64,000 nucleotides of DNA from positions 56,110,001 through 56,174,000 of the forward strand of contig CM060733.1 in the NCBI GenBank assembly GCA_030704615.1, in the 5' to 3' direction. The notes beneath the pieces are model-generated. The model was not told the DNA's origin. It was given only the letters and a program-made list of their open reading frames with translations, and made no database searches. This document shows, piece by piece, positions 48,559 to 62,800 of the stretch; the first letter of the stretch is position 1; the number at the start of each line of letters is the position of its first letter. Source of the DNA: Takakia lepidozioides (lineage: Eukaryota; Plantae; Bryophyta). The position numbers and the translations under genes are program-made.

Positions 48559-51327
48559 TTAGAAGTGAGAAATATAAACTGTGTGCAGATGATGATTAAC
48601 AATATCAACTTCAGAACCAACACTAAACGCTGTGACATTCTCAGAAAAAGAAAACAATCTTGCTCTCAACTTTTCCACAAGCACACACAAACTACACAAT
48701 CTTTGGCAACCCTGGCAGCACCTGGACGGGTAGTCTTTGAGGTAAATGTGCTTGCTCAACCCAACAATATAGAACTGGAGTGAGCTCTTCCCTTGGGCCA
48801 CCAGGACTCGAGTGACAGGAATCAGATGTATCTGGTGCCTCTCACAAATAACACGTGCTGCAGGAGGCACTTGAGCACGCTCGGCAATTGTGTCAGAGGA
48901 GAGCTTGGTGAGCTCATGAGAGTGGGGAAAGCTCACAGGATGGCACTGATATGATTGGCTATTGTACAGCTGCACGCCCTTGGCTTCATGGAACACCTCA
49001 TCCGGGATAGATAATACATTGTTCGGTGCACTTGTCTTCTTGGTTAGTAAAGTACTCCTGCTTCCCAAGTGCTTGTTAGAACACTGGCACCTCATTTCCC
49101 AGGCAAGCTCAAATACTATACATTGCACATGGGGGCACTTAATAGCTTGCTCTCAAGTAGCTCACAAAGGCTACACAGAACCTACTGGGATACACAGTCT
49201 CACAAATTTTCCATGGTGTCATAACTATCCAGTCAAGGCACAAATACCAAGGCCACAGGGCACAACTCATTTCTCACATCATTGTAGGTGCCTTTGGTCA
49301 CTGCTGTCCATCAGCCTGACATGATTTTAGAGCGACTACAATGGAGAGCGTACCATGTTACAGTGAGTAGCTTGCTGAAAAGCCAGGCTCCTGAACCGCA
49401 GCATTTTACACAGGTGAGGAGTCCACGCGAATTGCACTGGGCACATGGTAACCTCCCATTGCCTTGGCATTGCAAGCACCTATATAAAAGACCACATTCA
49501 GAGAAAGCTGGTAAGGATCAGAATGATATGGATGTCCATTTTTACTGGAGGCATTGCCAGTCTGGTGAAATTGTGCCTGTCTCAAATGGGCAACCACATA
49601 CCAGTCTGAAGTGCTTATGAGTCGTATAAGCTCTAGTATGGGACTTCCAGGGTGGGTTTTGGTTGCTTTCTACATTGAAAAGACCTAACTTCACACCCTG
49701 GGTAAGATGAATAAACTCCAAACTAGGGACACGGTTAAAACATCAAGTGCAATCATTCTCCTGAAGTCAACATTGCTGAGGACTATACACAGGACAACAC
49801 AGGATAATACTCAGCACTTAAGGTCTTCTGTGCTATGCATAGACATTTTATAACAAGTGCTTGAAAAAACATCTGACATTTGCCAACTGCTACACCAGAA
49901 AACTTTACTGTTTCCACAAACTTATCACGAATGAAAAATACTCTTTAACTGTTTCTATCAAGCGAGAGATAAGGGCACCCACTTGGAGTCTGAGCCATCT
50001 TGGTGTGCCAGGAGGCCCCGTCCATGACAGTGAGGACAGAGAGACGTCTGTCCTGGTACATAGGAGCCTGGTTCCAGATTATTAGTGCACACTGGACATG
50101 GAACCTCCTTCCGCCCAGAACAAGCTGCACATGTCATGTTTTGGGAGTTGTAACATCGAGCAAACAGTATCACGATCTATTTTCTTGTCTTCTTTGGCAA
50201 TGATAGACACAGAAAGGTCATCATCCAAAACTCTCTGGACCTTTCTATGCTTTTCTGAAACGTACAGTTTTATTTTACAGATGAATCATTACTGGTGTTA
50301 CAAAGATGGGGGATGCTCTTCTTGACATGTTGATGCTTATATTCAAGCCACCATGCCCATACCCGTAGCAATGGAACCAAGGATCAAGATCAGTGTTGAA
50401 CCTGGACAATTGTCCACTGATTCGGAGTGAGGCAACTTCAAGCATGATTGCTTTCTTGAACTAAAAAGAGGTGGAAACTCGGTTCTCATATCCACCTCCC
50501 AAGCACCGGGAGGGTGACCAAAGTTGTTGTCATCAATTTGACTCCCTGCGTAGGGTGTGACCTGCTGCACTACTTCTCTCTCCTCAAAGAATGTTTCAAG
50601 GCTGCCAATGTAGACATTAAAGTCCTCCACTTTCTCAATGGCCCATTTGTGAGCTGGAAAGGCCCCCCACCCGCAATGCTGGTCCACATAGTCAGTGAAC
50701 AGTTGCCGAATCTCTTCCTCTTGCAACGTTTGGCCACTCCTAATTTCCAACACCCCTTTCCCCACAATAAGGATCATGTAGCATAGAAGGTAACCCTGTG
50801 CATTCATGTTCGAGGTGTTGTGGAAGAGGTCTCCGGACAGGTATTCTCCAATTGCACAGGAAATATCAATAAAACTACATGAGTGCCAGGCAACCATCCC
50901 ATCTCTATAGCTATCAGGGAACTAAGGGTGAAAATGAAAGGTGGAGATATAAGAGGAGGAGATGTTGCACAACTATTGATCTTTATGCAAAGAGGATGTG
51001 TATGAGAAAGGTACTCATAAGACGTTGTTTGCCGTAGCCTTGTGGCCATTGACCCCGCGTTCAGTTTGAGCAGAACACAAAGGGACAGAAACTACCTTTG
51101 TCAGGGGCTGATGCTGGTAGTATGACTCACCTTGGAACAGACAATTAATCCGAGTTTTCTAGATATCCTCTAGAAATCCCTTCACACAAGCATCAATCTG
51201 CCGTGTGTGGTTTGCCCAATAACTAGGCCCCAAATTGGCCTGGGCTTTTCATTCAGCTCAAGACTTTCAAAGTTGGTAAACAGAAGTTCAGGCACAATTC
51301 CCTTGATGGATTTGAAGAGGGCATGTG

Positions 51328-51384
<57 letters not shown>

Positions 51385-53176
51385 TACTCAAATCATTTTG
51401 CTTGCAGTAGACTTGCGGACATAAATTGGGCACCCGCTTCACCAAGAGTAGAAAAGGGGTATGAGAGGGAGACAAAGAGAGAGAGTACTTCAAGCTTACT
51501 CATCTTCTACAGCACATAAAACTCAACTAACCTGGGTGGACCTGCCTTCAGTTGTTCCCCTTGCGGACCTTGAACTTGCTGGTCTGCAATTTTAAAGGAG
51601 ACAAGGTCCATAAACAGCCTTACTGACAGGAGGCAAAAAATAACAAAATAGGTTTGGCACAAGGTTGACCCCACAAGCTCCAATACATATCAAAATTTAT
51701 TAAATCCTAGGGTGCTGAAACATCACTACATGTTTTGCAAACTGATGTAGCAGATTGAGGATGACCATCAGACCTTTCAAGACTGGATAATACAAGCACA
51801 ATCCTTTATGCCACTCTAAGAGTCCCTTTTCACTAGCTGTCATACTAACCAACCAAGGGCATCCTCCAAAATGTAACTGATACCATGGAATTTACTCCCA
51901 CTCACAAGCCGAACACTCTTACCTCCATCCAAGTCACCTGCATAAAGAGGTTTGGCAGGTCTACATGGTACACTATCATATTGCAGCAATGATAATTGAA
52001 GTCGGTAAATATGCCCATTAAATGGTGTGGTTCAAGGATGGTTGCCGTTAGTCACGCTCGCCTGTTTATCAGCGCGATTATTTGCAACTTTTCCTTGACC
52101 ATCTCAAGGCACCAACAGCATGAATTCGTTCAAGTGGAGGCTAGGACGATAAGTGGCCACTCATGATTCATACTTTGGCTAGAGGTTTTGCAAATTGAGT
52201 ACACTAAGAGTAGCATAAAGTACCTGATGGTGCCTGGATATGAGCATGTGCTGATGCTTCAGGACTAATGAGAGCACCATAGATCCACTGGGGGTAAGGA
52301 TCCTGTGATGCGCTCTCCACGGGCGGCACACTGGGCTGTGTTTGTGAAACCGTAATGTACTGCTCCTCCTCCCTTTCCTGTAAAGAAAACTACTCAATTC
52401 AGAATTTGGGAGGTCAATCATCGTTTCAATATGAATTCATAACCAAGATTTCTTGGCACCGCACATAAATCCGCCCATTCCCACCCACCCACCCACCCCG
52501 CCCCTTCTGTATGTGTGTGGGCATCCGGGCCAGCCATCAATGTCAGAAATATTTTTGTTCGTCTTCTCCCCTGATACACCAACCCTCCCCTTGAGTCCCC
52601 GCCAACAAAAAGAAACCAAGAGCCTCCATACTACCTTCATATGTTAGATAAATTACTTTCGAGAATGCTCATAGTGATTCTTCATCGCGGCTGCCGAAAC
52701 ACAAACTGTCTGAACACCACAGTGCTACCTAATAGCAAGCAATGCAAAGGCTGCCACACTTGACCCGTACGATTCACGCACCAACTAAATCCCACAAAAC
52801 AATCGAGCACAAGTCGATTCTCTGCTGAAAATTTCTACTGTCATCTTCCTCACACATTCTGGAAGCCACATTTCTCAATGAATGATTAGAAAGATTTGAA
52901 TTCCAGATGGGCTGTTCCACTGTAAGGCAATTTTCTGAAGGCCTCCATTCCAACATTGACTCAGGAAAATGACTGACAGAACACCTTCGACCCTTTCAAA
53001 CTTAGTTTTGTCCTTCCGGATAAGAATCAGGTTGGAATACTCATACATAAGAGGGATAAGAGAGTGCAGGCAGTGATACGGACGTGGGTAGGCACGGACT
53101 GCGAAGCAGACAGGTCAGGCGCAGAGGGAGTGGAAGAGTTCGTCCCGGGCTGCGGTTCCAGCTCAGGCCTCTCCAT
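48559..53176 (-). CDS. SSUH2-like protein (DnaJ-type CxxCxGxG zinc-finger repeats), multi-exon; 5' exons and stop are approximate
   Basis: EEEIRQLFTDYVDQHCGWG...YIGSLETFFEER...PPGAWEVD...LPHSESV; CAACSGRKEVPCPVC, CPHCHGRG; IPDEVFHEAKG...RVICERHQIHLIPVTRV...FYIVG...YPSRCC. Confidence 0.8.
51110..51330 (-). mobile_element. LINE-like 3'-end fragment in an intron
   Basis: Its reverse complement matches 63100-63240; translations KPRPIWGLVIGQTTHGRLMLV vs KPRPFWGLVIGQITHSRLMLV. Confidence 0.7.
51331..51382. repeat. (GA)26 microsatellite
   Basis: Read directly. Confidence 0.98.
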
Positions 53177-53863
53177 CAGTTATTGTGCAGTTGCCGATAG
53201 TGAAAGGGAGGAGCGTGTGGGCCAAGGAAGTGAGGCCGTCCACCATAGCTAGAGCTCAGCCCACTGGTGTCTTTGCTTGTAAGATAAGGGACTAGAATCC
53301 TGGCATTTGATGATTGGTAGACAGAGGATTGAAGATTTGGCAGTTGGGTTCATACCGTAGTGTGGTATGCAATCGATTTTGGATCCGAAACAATGCACAG
53401 ATTGTCCTAAACAAGACCCAGTGTAAATGACGAATACAGCACCGGGAAAACACGAAAACACCCCCCACACAATTTTAGAGATGAAACAAGTTTGGAGCAG
53501 ATGCGCAAATATTTCCCTAAAAGTGCAATCCCAACGGCAATATTGCAACTCTTGACATGTTCTAATAAGCTTGTCCCTAAAACACAAGTAGCCGCTTGAC
53601 CTCTCCCTCTCACACATTTCAAATTTGCATACGAGCTAATGGAGAGGAGGCTTGATCGGAAGCTATGGTTTACGGAATGAGAAGGTGACGATGGTATCCA
53701 TTGCCAGTAACGATCCTGAACTGGGTTCTGGTTTAACTCCAATACCCGCGATTTTCCCACTTGGAGCAGGCGGCTATGAGGAATTGCCAGTGCAGATTGG
53801 CCTGAGACAGTCGCATTTCGGTGGAGATAAAGATGTGATTATTTGAAAGAGAGAGGCTTCAGA

Positions 53864-56800
53864 ATGGAGCTGAAGGAGGAGCAGTGGCGGCGCATGCAGG
53901 CCAATCGGGCTGCAGCTCTGGAGAGACGGAATGCCAAGCACGGGCATCTTTCGGGGGCCCAACTTGCTCCCGATGTCAGGATTCCAGCGCGCGATTTCAA
54001 TAGTGATGGTACTCATGTTGGAGGAACAGCAGAGGCCGTTCAAGCTCCTTCACGTTCCATCCATCTGGGCACTTCCCTGTCACATGAATTTTCTGGCCCT
54101 AAATTTCTGAAGTGGTGCTCAAAAAATCTGAATATCCAGGAGGCGCGTACTACAGCTGAGCAAACTGTAATTGGCCAGCTGTTGTGGCCTTCAGCTGATG
54201 GGTTGTTTCAAACTAACTCAGGGCAAGAACCACGCACCAAGCTGGTGGAGGTGGCTCTAGAAATATGTGCTCCACATAGTTTTGTCTTGAATATGCCCAG
54301 CAATTGTGGCCTCTCGCATGTTGATGAAGACAGCTCTCTGCAAGCGATTCTTCAGAGCATATCATCCGTGAGTATATCAATGACTTGTAATTTGAATCCA
54401 GAGTGCAATTACAATTTTCTGAAAACGCATCTGCCATTTTATCAGGCTTCCTTGTAGCCAATCTGTTCCAAGGTACGTGTAGAAGGAATTGTCTTGGATC
54501 CCAAGTGATGAACTTTGTGGTGGTAGCCAGGGAAGGCAATGGAGCTAGAGATCAACATATTCTCCACCCAGCCCATCTAGCAGTGACTTTTATCCATGGC
54601 CTTGAATCTTTAACCTCAGCATGTTTCCATACAAATTCATCACAGATTTTGTAACTACCTCAGATTTCTTGCAGGTACTGCACTGCATTGCTTGGGATGG
54701 TTGATTGAAAATGATGCGTGACGCGCACTGTTGGGTGCATGTTTTAGGTGACACCATCCCAGTCTGTGCCATGTAAGAGCTATGAAAGACCAGTTTACAA
54801 GCTAAAGGACTACAATTTGGTGACAGATGCTCTTAGGCGCATGCCTGGATTTCAATATCAGCCAATTCCTTGGCCCACTCGCATGGTCCTGGAACGTGCT
54901 CCAGAAGCAAGTCAAAGCTGGGTCCCATTCAGACCAAACCATGTTACAAATACAGATGTGGAGATGCTCTTGCAGCATTTACCTCAAAAATTGAAGGAAA
55001 GCCTGCTGCCTTTTCAGTGGGAGGGCGTGCGGTATGGTCTTCGCAGAGGTGGCCGGTGCCTCCTGGCTGATGATATGGGTGTTGGCAAGACCATTCAGGT
55101 ATTTGTAATGTTGTGATATCTCCTTGCTCTCCTGCAAACACTCCCAAGAAATTATTGTTGTTACAACAATCAATGGATGGTTGGTATGAAGTTGTTATAT
55201 CAGTTGGGACCATGATATCTTTGGGGACTGATGCGGGGCAGGCAATAGCAATGGCAGCATGCTACAGGGATGAGGGGCCACTGCTAGTGGTCTGTCCGGC
55301 CAGCATGCGTTTGGTGTGGGCTGAAGAGCTTGAGCGATGGCTTCCCTTTCTTTGTCCTCTTGATGTCCATCTTGGTACTTATCAACCATCTCTGTGTCCG
55401 TTGTTCTTGTTTGCACTAGAGACTACTTTGGTGGTTGAGGTCCAAAAGTGACACTGTAGTTTTCCATGAAAGACCCACCTGGACAATGTTTGTAGTTGTT
55501 TACCTTCCTCATTTTTTGCCCCTTGCCATGGGTCGTGTGGGCCTGCTTTTGGACTCACTAAGTCTCGTCTTCTCTTTCAAGTGTACGCTGTCCCATGAGT
55601 CCTTGGGCTGTTTATGGATTTCTTCCTTTCTTTTGTCTCCTGTGGACACAATACATCGATTTTATTTTGTCTTGTTTATATTCTCTTGTTTGTTACTTGT
55701 CCCATATGCTCTTTGAGCTTTCTGGGACTTTATGAAGTTCTACCATAGCCTCTAGCAGAGGAAGTAAAGTCTTCTTCTTCCTGTACTATACTGTCAGTCT
55801 CTCTGGATCTTCTGCTTGTGATAGATGTTTCATGTCACCTGGGGAGGGTATTAACTTAGTTGCTGGCAGAAGTACTACTGAATTTGAAATGTTAGGAGGA
55901 CCTAGTCTGCTTTTTTGGTTCAATGGTGGAGATGGTGCAGAGATGAAGCCCTCCTGGTATGTGTGCAAACCTCCATGTAAAAAAATTCAACTTCTAAATG
56001 CACACAGTGGTCTTCTAATATGTGTACACAACAGATGTGTCAGGTTAGAAAGTACTTGAGGGGAACTCTAATGACCAGTGGCAAAGATTCAGCCTTGCTT
56101 AGTGGGGGAATACAGTATGCAGTCTGACAGTTTTGCAGTTTCTGGATGCAGTGTTTGGTCGGAGTGATGATCTATCAAAGCAGATTCAAATGCCAAGGGT
56201 GGTGGTTGTCTCGTATCACATGTTGAAGCGCCTGCGTCAGAGCATGCTGTCACACAAGTGGGGCATGCTCATAGTGGATGAATCTCATAATCTCCGCTGC
56301 ACTAAGAAAAAGCTGGAATGTGAGGAGGTATGTGTAACTCTCTCCGGATAAAATGGGTTTTCAAAATATGGAGGGAGAGCAGTGCCATGTGTGAGTCGAT
56401 GCCATGTGTGTTGAATCCAAGTGGATATATTCGGATCTATGAGGGACCTTGGAGGATGCCTACTGAGAGGGATATTGCATCGATTTGTTTGAGCATGTGC
56501 TTAGGACTTGTCTCCAGTGGTGCCCAGGTGCAAAAAGAGGAGGTCCCAGCAAGTCCAGAATCCCATGTGTAGGGAAATCAGTCAAGTGTCCAGATCAAAA
56601 CTAAATGGTGGTGCTAGGTACGTCAGAAGGGAATTTTATGGGTGTGAATGGGTGTGCTCACTGGATCCAATTTGGACCTCATGTGTCGAATTAGATGTCA
56701 GCAAGTAACAAGGGCCTTGGGGGTTTCTGGTTGTATTTCAGACAACGGCAGTGCTTGAGGTGGCTCAGAATGTGAAGCGAGCTGTGCTTCTGTCTGGCAC

Positions 56801-59800
56801 ACCATCTCTGTCAAGGTTTGTAACATAGTTTCTGATTCTGACAAGCACTTACCTGCCTTCATCCTTCCAACATCCTACCAATATCTGAAGATCATCTGTG
56901 TTTTGTGTTACAGCCAAAACCCAAGAGGTTTGACTTCCAGTCTGAAGTCACTCATTCGAGTTGATTCTCCAAGTCTGAATTGTCAAAAGTCTGGTCTACG
57001 AATGCATGGAATTCTTCAGTCCATGAATGTATCTAACAACAGTGATTAATGGAAGAACAAATCTATCAGAGTGGAGAGATGATAGGCCAAGACAACACAC
57101 TTCAAATTGAAATTGATGTATGTTGCATGGCACTCTAATCTTCATGTTCTAATTGTGGTGATGATGCAGGCCCTTTGATATTTTCAATCAGGTCGATTGC
57201 ATATGGTAAGCCCAGAAGCTCTCTCTTTCTCATGGTATTTTGTTGTTGTGCTTGTGTCCCTTGGGCTCTTTGAGCTTCTGAGGGATGTAATTTTCTTTCC
57301 TTTTGCTGTTTTGTTTCATAAGCACTCTCTAGTTCCGGACAGAGACTTTCCTCATCATTGGGGACAGTCTATACTCATGACGTTTTACCTCTCTGCAAAT
57401 CTCTCCACATCACACACGAGGACCTTGGGCACCTTCCCAGTTTGTTTTCACACCCATAGATGGAGATGGTGTGCTGTCGTGATATTGTTTCCAAACAAGT
57501 AAAGTGGAAGTCATGGAGTTGAATGATCTTATAGAAAGGATCTGTGTGGGTATCTTTGGGGACAGGCGTGGGTTGCTTGGCAAAAATAAGTATGAGTTTG
57601 CACGTAATTATTGTGACTGGCAGCCATATTCAGTTGGTCAAGGGACCTGCTGCAAGGTATATGCCTACCACACCTGGTTATAACCTATAGTTGTTTCCAT
57701 TTGCATTTGGGTCCTCTCTAGGCAGCTTGGCTGTTTTATTCCCTTGTAATCTCAAGTCACAGGGCATGATAGTCTCGGTGTATTCAATTGTATGACACAC
57801 TGTGAACTTGTGTGCTCCAGGACTTCTCTAAAGGGACACGACTTCAGGAGCTGAATGTGCTACTTACAGAGACTGTCATGGTATTGTTTCCCCTCTCCCT
57901 CTTGGCTGCTTAGCTTCATGAAGTTCTTCGTCTTTGAGCTGTAATTGAGGCCTGTTTTTACTAGTTGTTCCTGTGGTTACGTGAGGACATTATTGAAGTC
58001 CTTACATATATCTCAATCTTTCTTTCTCTTGTCCCATAGGTGCTTTGAGCTTCCCATGGGCCTTCCAGGGACATTTAGTTTTATTCTCTTTCTCTGCATT
58101 ACGGTCACATTAACTCCATTGGCTTTTCGTGGACGTTATAAATCTCCTTTTTGCTTTCCCTTCTCTCTGTCGGTTGCATTGCCAATAATTGGAAATATGC
58201 TGTAGCTTCAGCTAAGTAAGATTCACATGAACTTTCCTCTGATGCAAGCTGAGTATAGATAGAAGAGAATGTTCTTGGGGAACATCTCTCGACACTCCTG
58301 TGAGAGTTGTAAGACTGAGTAACATTGTCTTGTGTTGTTTATAAATTTGTCAGTCTGGACCCGATCTTTGTTCGCTTGGTCATTGGATTGTAGGTGAGGA
58401 GATTGAAGGAGAGTGTGCTGACAGAACTGCCCCCAAAGCGCAGGCAGGTTATCCGATTGAAATTGGAATTGGAGGATATCCGGGAGGCTAGGACTGTTAT
58501 TGCTTCCAGTGAAACTTCCAAGAATGCCAGCCATAGTGGGGAGGACCTGTGCAAGTGTGGTTTCAGTCCAAAGGGAACATGCGATTGTGAGGATGACATT
58601 GAGGATGACATTCTAGAGGAATCTGAGCTGTCTGAGAGTATGGCACAAGGTCAGCAATCCTCACTACTGGGAAGCTCAGCCATAACACTTGACTACCAAG
58701 AAATCGGAGTGGCTAAGCTACGGGGGTTTCGGGAATGGTTGCTCAATAACCCCATTTTTGCCTGCTCTGAGGCAAGTGAGGCCAGTGTACATATCGAAGG
58801 TACCAAGGACAAGATGGTCATTTTTGCACACCATCATAAGGTTCTGGATGGCATACAAGTATGTGTTGCCGCTCTTCCATCTTCATTCTATCTGGTTTAG
58901 TTTTCCTAACTGCATGTAGTGGTCTGTCTGGACCGAAAGGGCAGCAGACATTTTATGACTTATTGCAGACCGGATTTCCCCAGTCAGACTAGTTGGGGCA
59001 AGGGTGGAAGGCACCTGCAGCTTGAAAACATGCAGTTTCTTTCTTTCTTGACAAATAGCTTAAAGAGATAAAGAAGTTAGAGCTGCCCACAACTCTCCTA
59101 ATTACGTGGATATACAATGTGTCGACTCGCACTACATGAACGTGGAGCAGGCAATTGTGCTAAACAAGGCAGTGGATCATGTGCGCATTGATGGAACCAC
59201 TTTGCCCCATGACCGTCTCAAGGCTGTTGACCTTTTCCGAACTAAAGCTGAGGTGATGTTCTGCAAGGTCTTTCTGCAAGTTGAAAGTGGCATGGCCTGT
59301 GGACTTTCTGGTAACTCCTTGATTTCTGCCAATGGGGTTGTTTCTTTGGAGGTTTACGCTTGGATCCACTTAATTGGGGTCATTTCTCTTCTAGCTTCCT
59401 AACTTGCTTAGCTTCTGATCATGTTATGAGCATGCAGGTAAAAGTGGCAATCATAGGAGTGACAGCAGGCGGTGTAGGGCTCAACTTTTCAGCTGCACAG
59501 AGCGTAGTGTTTGTGGAGCTGCCCAAGTCTGTCTCTGAGATGCTACAGGTGGGTCCATAATGCAGTACACAAATCTGCAGAGTTGCATGACCAAGACTTA
59601 AGCACAAGCCTGTCAGCTTACCCAGTATATCCTCCAATGCCAAATCCGGTATTCAACTGATGCTTGTGTGCAACAAATTCCTACTATACACATCATTGCA
59701 AAGTTTTTTAGTTAGTATTAATCATGGTTGTGGAATCTATGAAGAGAAAGGCTGGGGTTGAGTAACATTATGTGACTGGAATACATTTCAATTGGGGACA

Positions 59801-62800
59801 TGTCAAACCAATTCAAGCTGGCCTTAACATTTGTGGCTTCAGACTCTCCTACGCACATGCTGTGATGTGATAAAGGCCTGGGTGTTGAGGGTTGCTGGTC
59901 TCTCCTAAGCTTGTTTGGAACTCAACTTTCCAGGCTGAGGACAGGGCACATCGGCGAGGCCAGCAGAATGCAGTCAATATTTATATATTTTGCGCTAAGG
60001 TACCTGTCCCTCTGTTTTACCATCAGATTGTGTCAGAGCTGGGATTTGCAGCAAATGTTATCTTTCAACTTAGTTTAGGGTTTAGAGTCATATGGGATCT
60101 TTGTCTTTGACAGGGAACTACAGATGAGGTCCAGTGGCAGTCTCTAAGTGGAAGCCTTGAGCGTGTTTCAACTATGACAAATGGTGCGGGTGCTGCTCTC
60201 CAGGTAACCTTCCCCTCCTAGTGCATATGTGGTTAACTCCTGGAACTCTTGGTCGATGTGAATCCATTGATAAACACTTTTTCTCCAAAGTTCAAATTGA
60301 AGTGTGCATTTCGGATCTCTGTTGTCAATTCTGCTTGTTGTGGCAGCATTGAGATCTTGAGATGTCATGGTTGCTTCCTACCACAGGTGGATGTCGTACA
60401 CAACTTGTCCAGCCCCCCACGTTACCATGAGAGCATCCTCAAATCTTGTAATGAGAAGGACATGAACTCATTGTTGCCATTGGAGGACGCTGCTGCAAAT
60501 ACCGGAAAGGACTCTTTAGATTCTCATGATCAAAGCAAAACTAATGGTGAAAGTCTATCAACTGTAGTCACTGGGAAAGTTGATGTGGTTGTTGATTTTG
60601 CTACCTGCCAAGCTCCCGTAGAAGGCACATGCAAGGTATTCGACACACCTACAAGATTACCACAATCGGATGCAAATCCTCCTGTCTTGTTCACCTCCTT
60701 ATTGACAAATGTGGCCACTTGTTCAACTTCTCATGAAGAGCCTACACTGGATAATTTACGAGCAGGAGAGGAGCCTGTGTTGGGAATCCCTTCTGAGGAG
60801 GAGAGGCTCTCAGATGCTGAGTTTCCAGCCGAATCCTTGATGTTTGAGGTAAGGAGTGGATTTTGCTTAATTATGTGTGTGAACCTTTGGTAGTCATTTG
60901 TAAGAAGTGTATTGTCAATTGTCATTTCGACATGGCTTCGTGGGTACCAAGTTCTTGTTGAATGACTAAATTTTCTTTGAGATCTAGGATACTCTGAAGC
61001 AAGGAATTCATGTGATGCCTCTTTCTTGGGAATAGGTGAGCTCAAACACAGGGCGTGTACACTTATACCTTCGACCATCTAATATAACAAGCAAGCCTAA
61101 GCCTTTGCAAGAGAATTTTAGGCCTGAAGACTTGGAGCACCTCCGGATACATGGTCATTGTGAGACAGGGACACTGCCAAAGTGTTTGGTGAACAGTGGT
61201 TCCCACAGAGATGCAGCAAGTGCTTTCGTAGGGGAGTGGAATGGTTTGCGCGCTGTGTTTCGGAAAAGGCTGCTGGGTAGACCTCTTTGGTTGCCGTTAT
61301 CGGCAGAGCTCAGCTGCCTAAAAATTGCATCGCAATATGCTCCTGGGGTACGGACTTGTCTACGTGTTGCTCAGGCTGACTTGCATCCTTCTTCAGTTCG
61401 TCAATATGCAAATGTCTTTGTCAGCATCATCATGACAACTTAGCTGGAGGGAATGTTTTTAAGTGGATATGCCAGATCTCTGCTTGAAGTCCAGCTTTTT
61501 CTATGCGGTCTAAGACCTATTTCCATTTGCTATGATGCTGAAGTTCTGGCAAGTTTTGTGAGTTTACTGTTGCCTATGTATCCCAAGTTTAGCGAGTCTT
61601 GTTAATTTTCAAATTCTGAGAATCTTGTAAGATTGTTGTCTCCTCAGGCAATACATTCTTCCTCTCTTTCAGGGTCTGGCTAATGGTGGAAGCAAGCGAC
61701 GATTTACACCAAAAGAGGATGTGGGTTGTGCACCCCCACACGGGTCAACATGGCGAAAGGTAGCATTTCACAAGCGTTTTGGCATGAAAGAAAGTCAGAC
61801 TTTGCAGGCATGGAGTGTCGAGGGAACGCCTCTTTGCAAATCGTGTCAGCACCCTTGCGAGTAAGATAACTCTCTTCTGGTTGCTTTGTACTTGTAGCCA
61901 GTATTAAATTCCTCGTTAGAAAGTGCTTCAGCGGTTAAGAGCAAAGGCCATTTCATAGGTACATTTATGTTGTGACATGGATGGTTTCTCTTTTCTTGGC
62001 TCATCAACCATCAGAGTCATCCAGGACTTGCTAATTACTTCATTTGATGGTTGCAATTGTGTGGATGGGCTTACAGAGAGAAGATGTCGAAAAAGCCCGA
62101 GTCCTTTGAAGATTTGTTTTGCAGAATGGATTGCTTTGACGAGTACCTGCATAGGACCAACCGTCGCTACATACGAGAAGTATCTCCCAACTTTATACTT
62201 CTACTAAGAAGTTGCTTTTAATCCATTCGACTCCTTTGGCATCGGCATTCTTGCTGCTAGAGATGTAATTATCAGCTTGAAATAACAACCAATGCAGATA
62301 AAGGAAGAACATATCGCGGCAATCTCATCAGTCAGTCCATGGTATGGAGTAGTTTCTAATCTGTAAAATCTTGTGGAGACCCAAAACTCGTAACATTATA
62401 TCCCTAGGAGTGTGCTACCACATGGGGCATATCTGACACAGGTCCTTTGCCTTGTGTTTGGACAGGAGCTTTTCAAGCTGGAACGTGGAGTGTGTGTGAA
62501 GTGCGGGCTGGACTGCCATGCCCTGGTGGCAAGTATGTGCATTTTACCTAAGATCCAGCGTGGCAGCTACATTCTTCAGAAGGCTCCCCAATTCGCTAAG
62601 CATCAGCGCATGTACTTTCTTTCTTCTCTCTCAGTAAAGAACCATTTCATTTCATTTCTTCTCTCAGCAGCATACCTCTCCGTTCCAGTGATATATGGGG
62701 ATATCCAACAAGCCCTTTGTTGTTTTCTCTTGACTTAGAGGCTGTAGTGTTCAAAGCCATGTCTGTTGCCAGGAAATTGTGATGAAAATGAAGTGAGGCA

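Noticed and set aside
55440-58200. Weakly similar pyrimidine-rich intron segments in the helicase gene (TGTCCC..CTTTGAGCTT) as a MITE/SINE family
   Set aside because: The similarity is too short and degenerate to define boundaries by eye.
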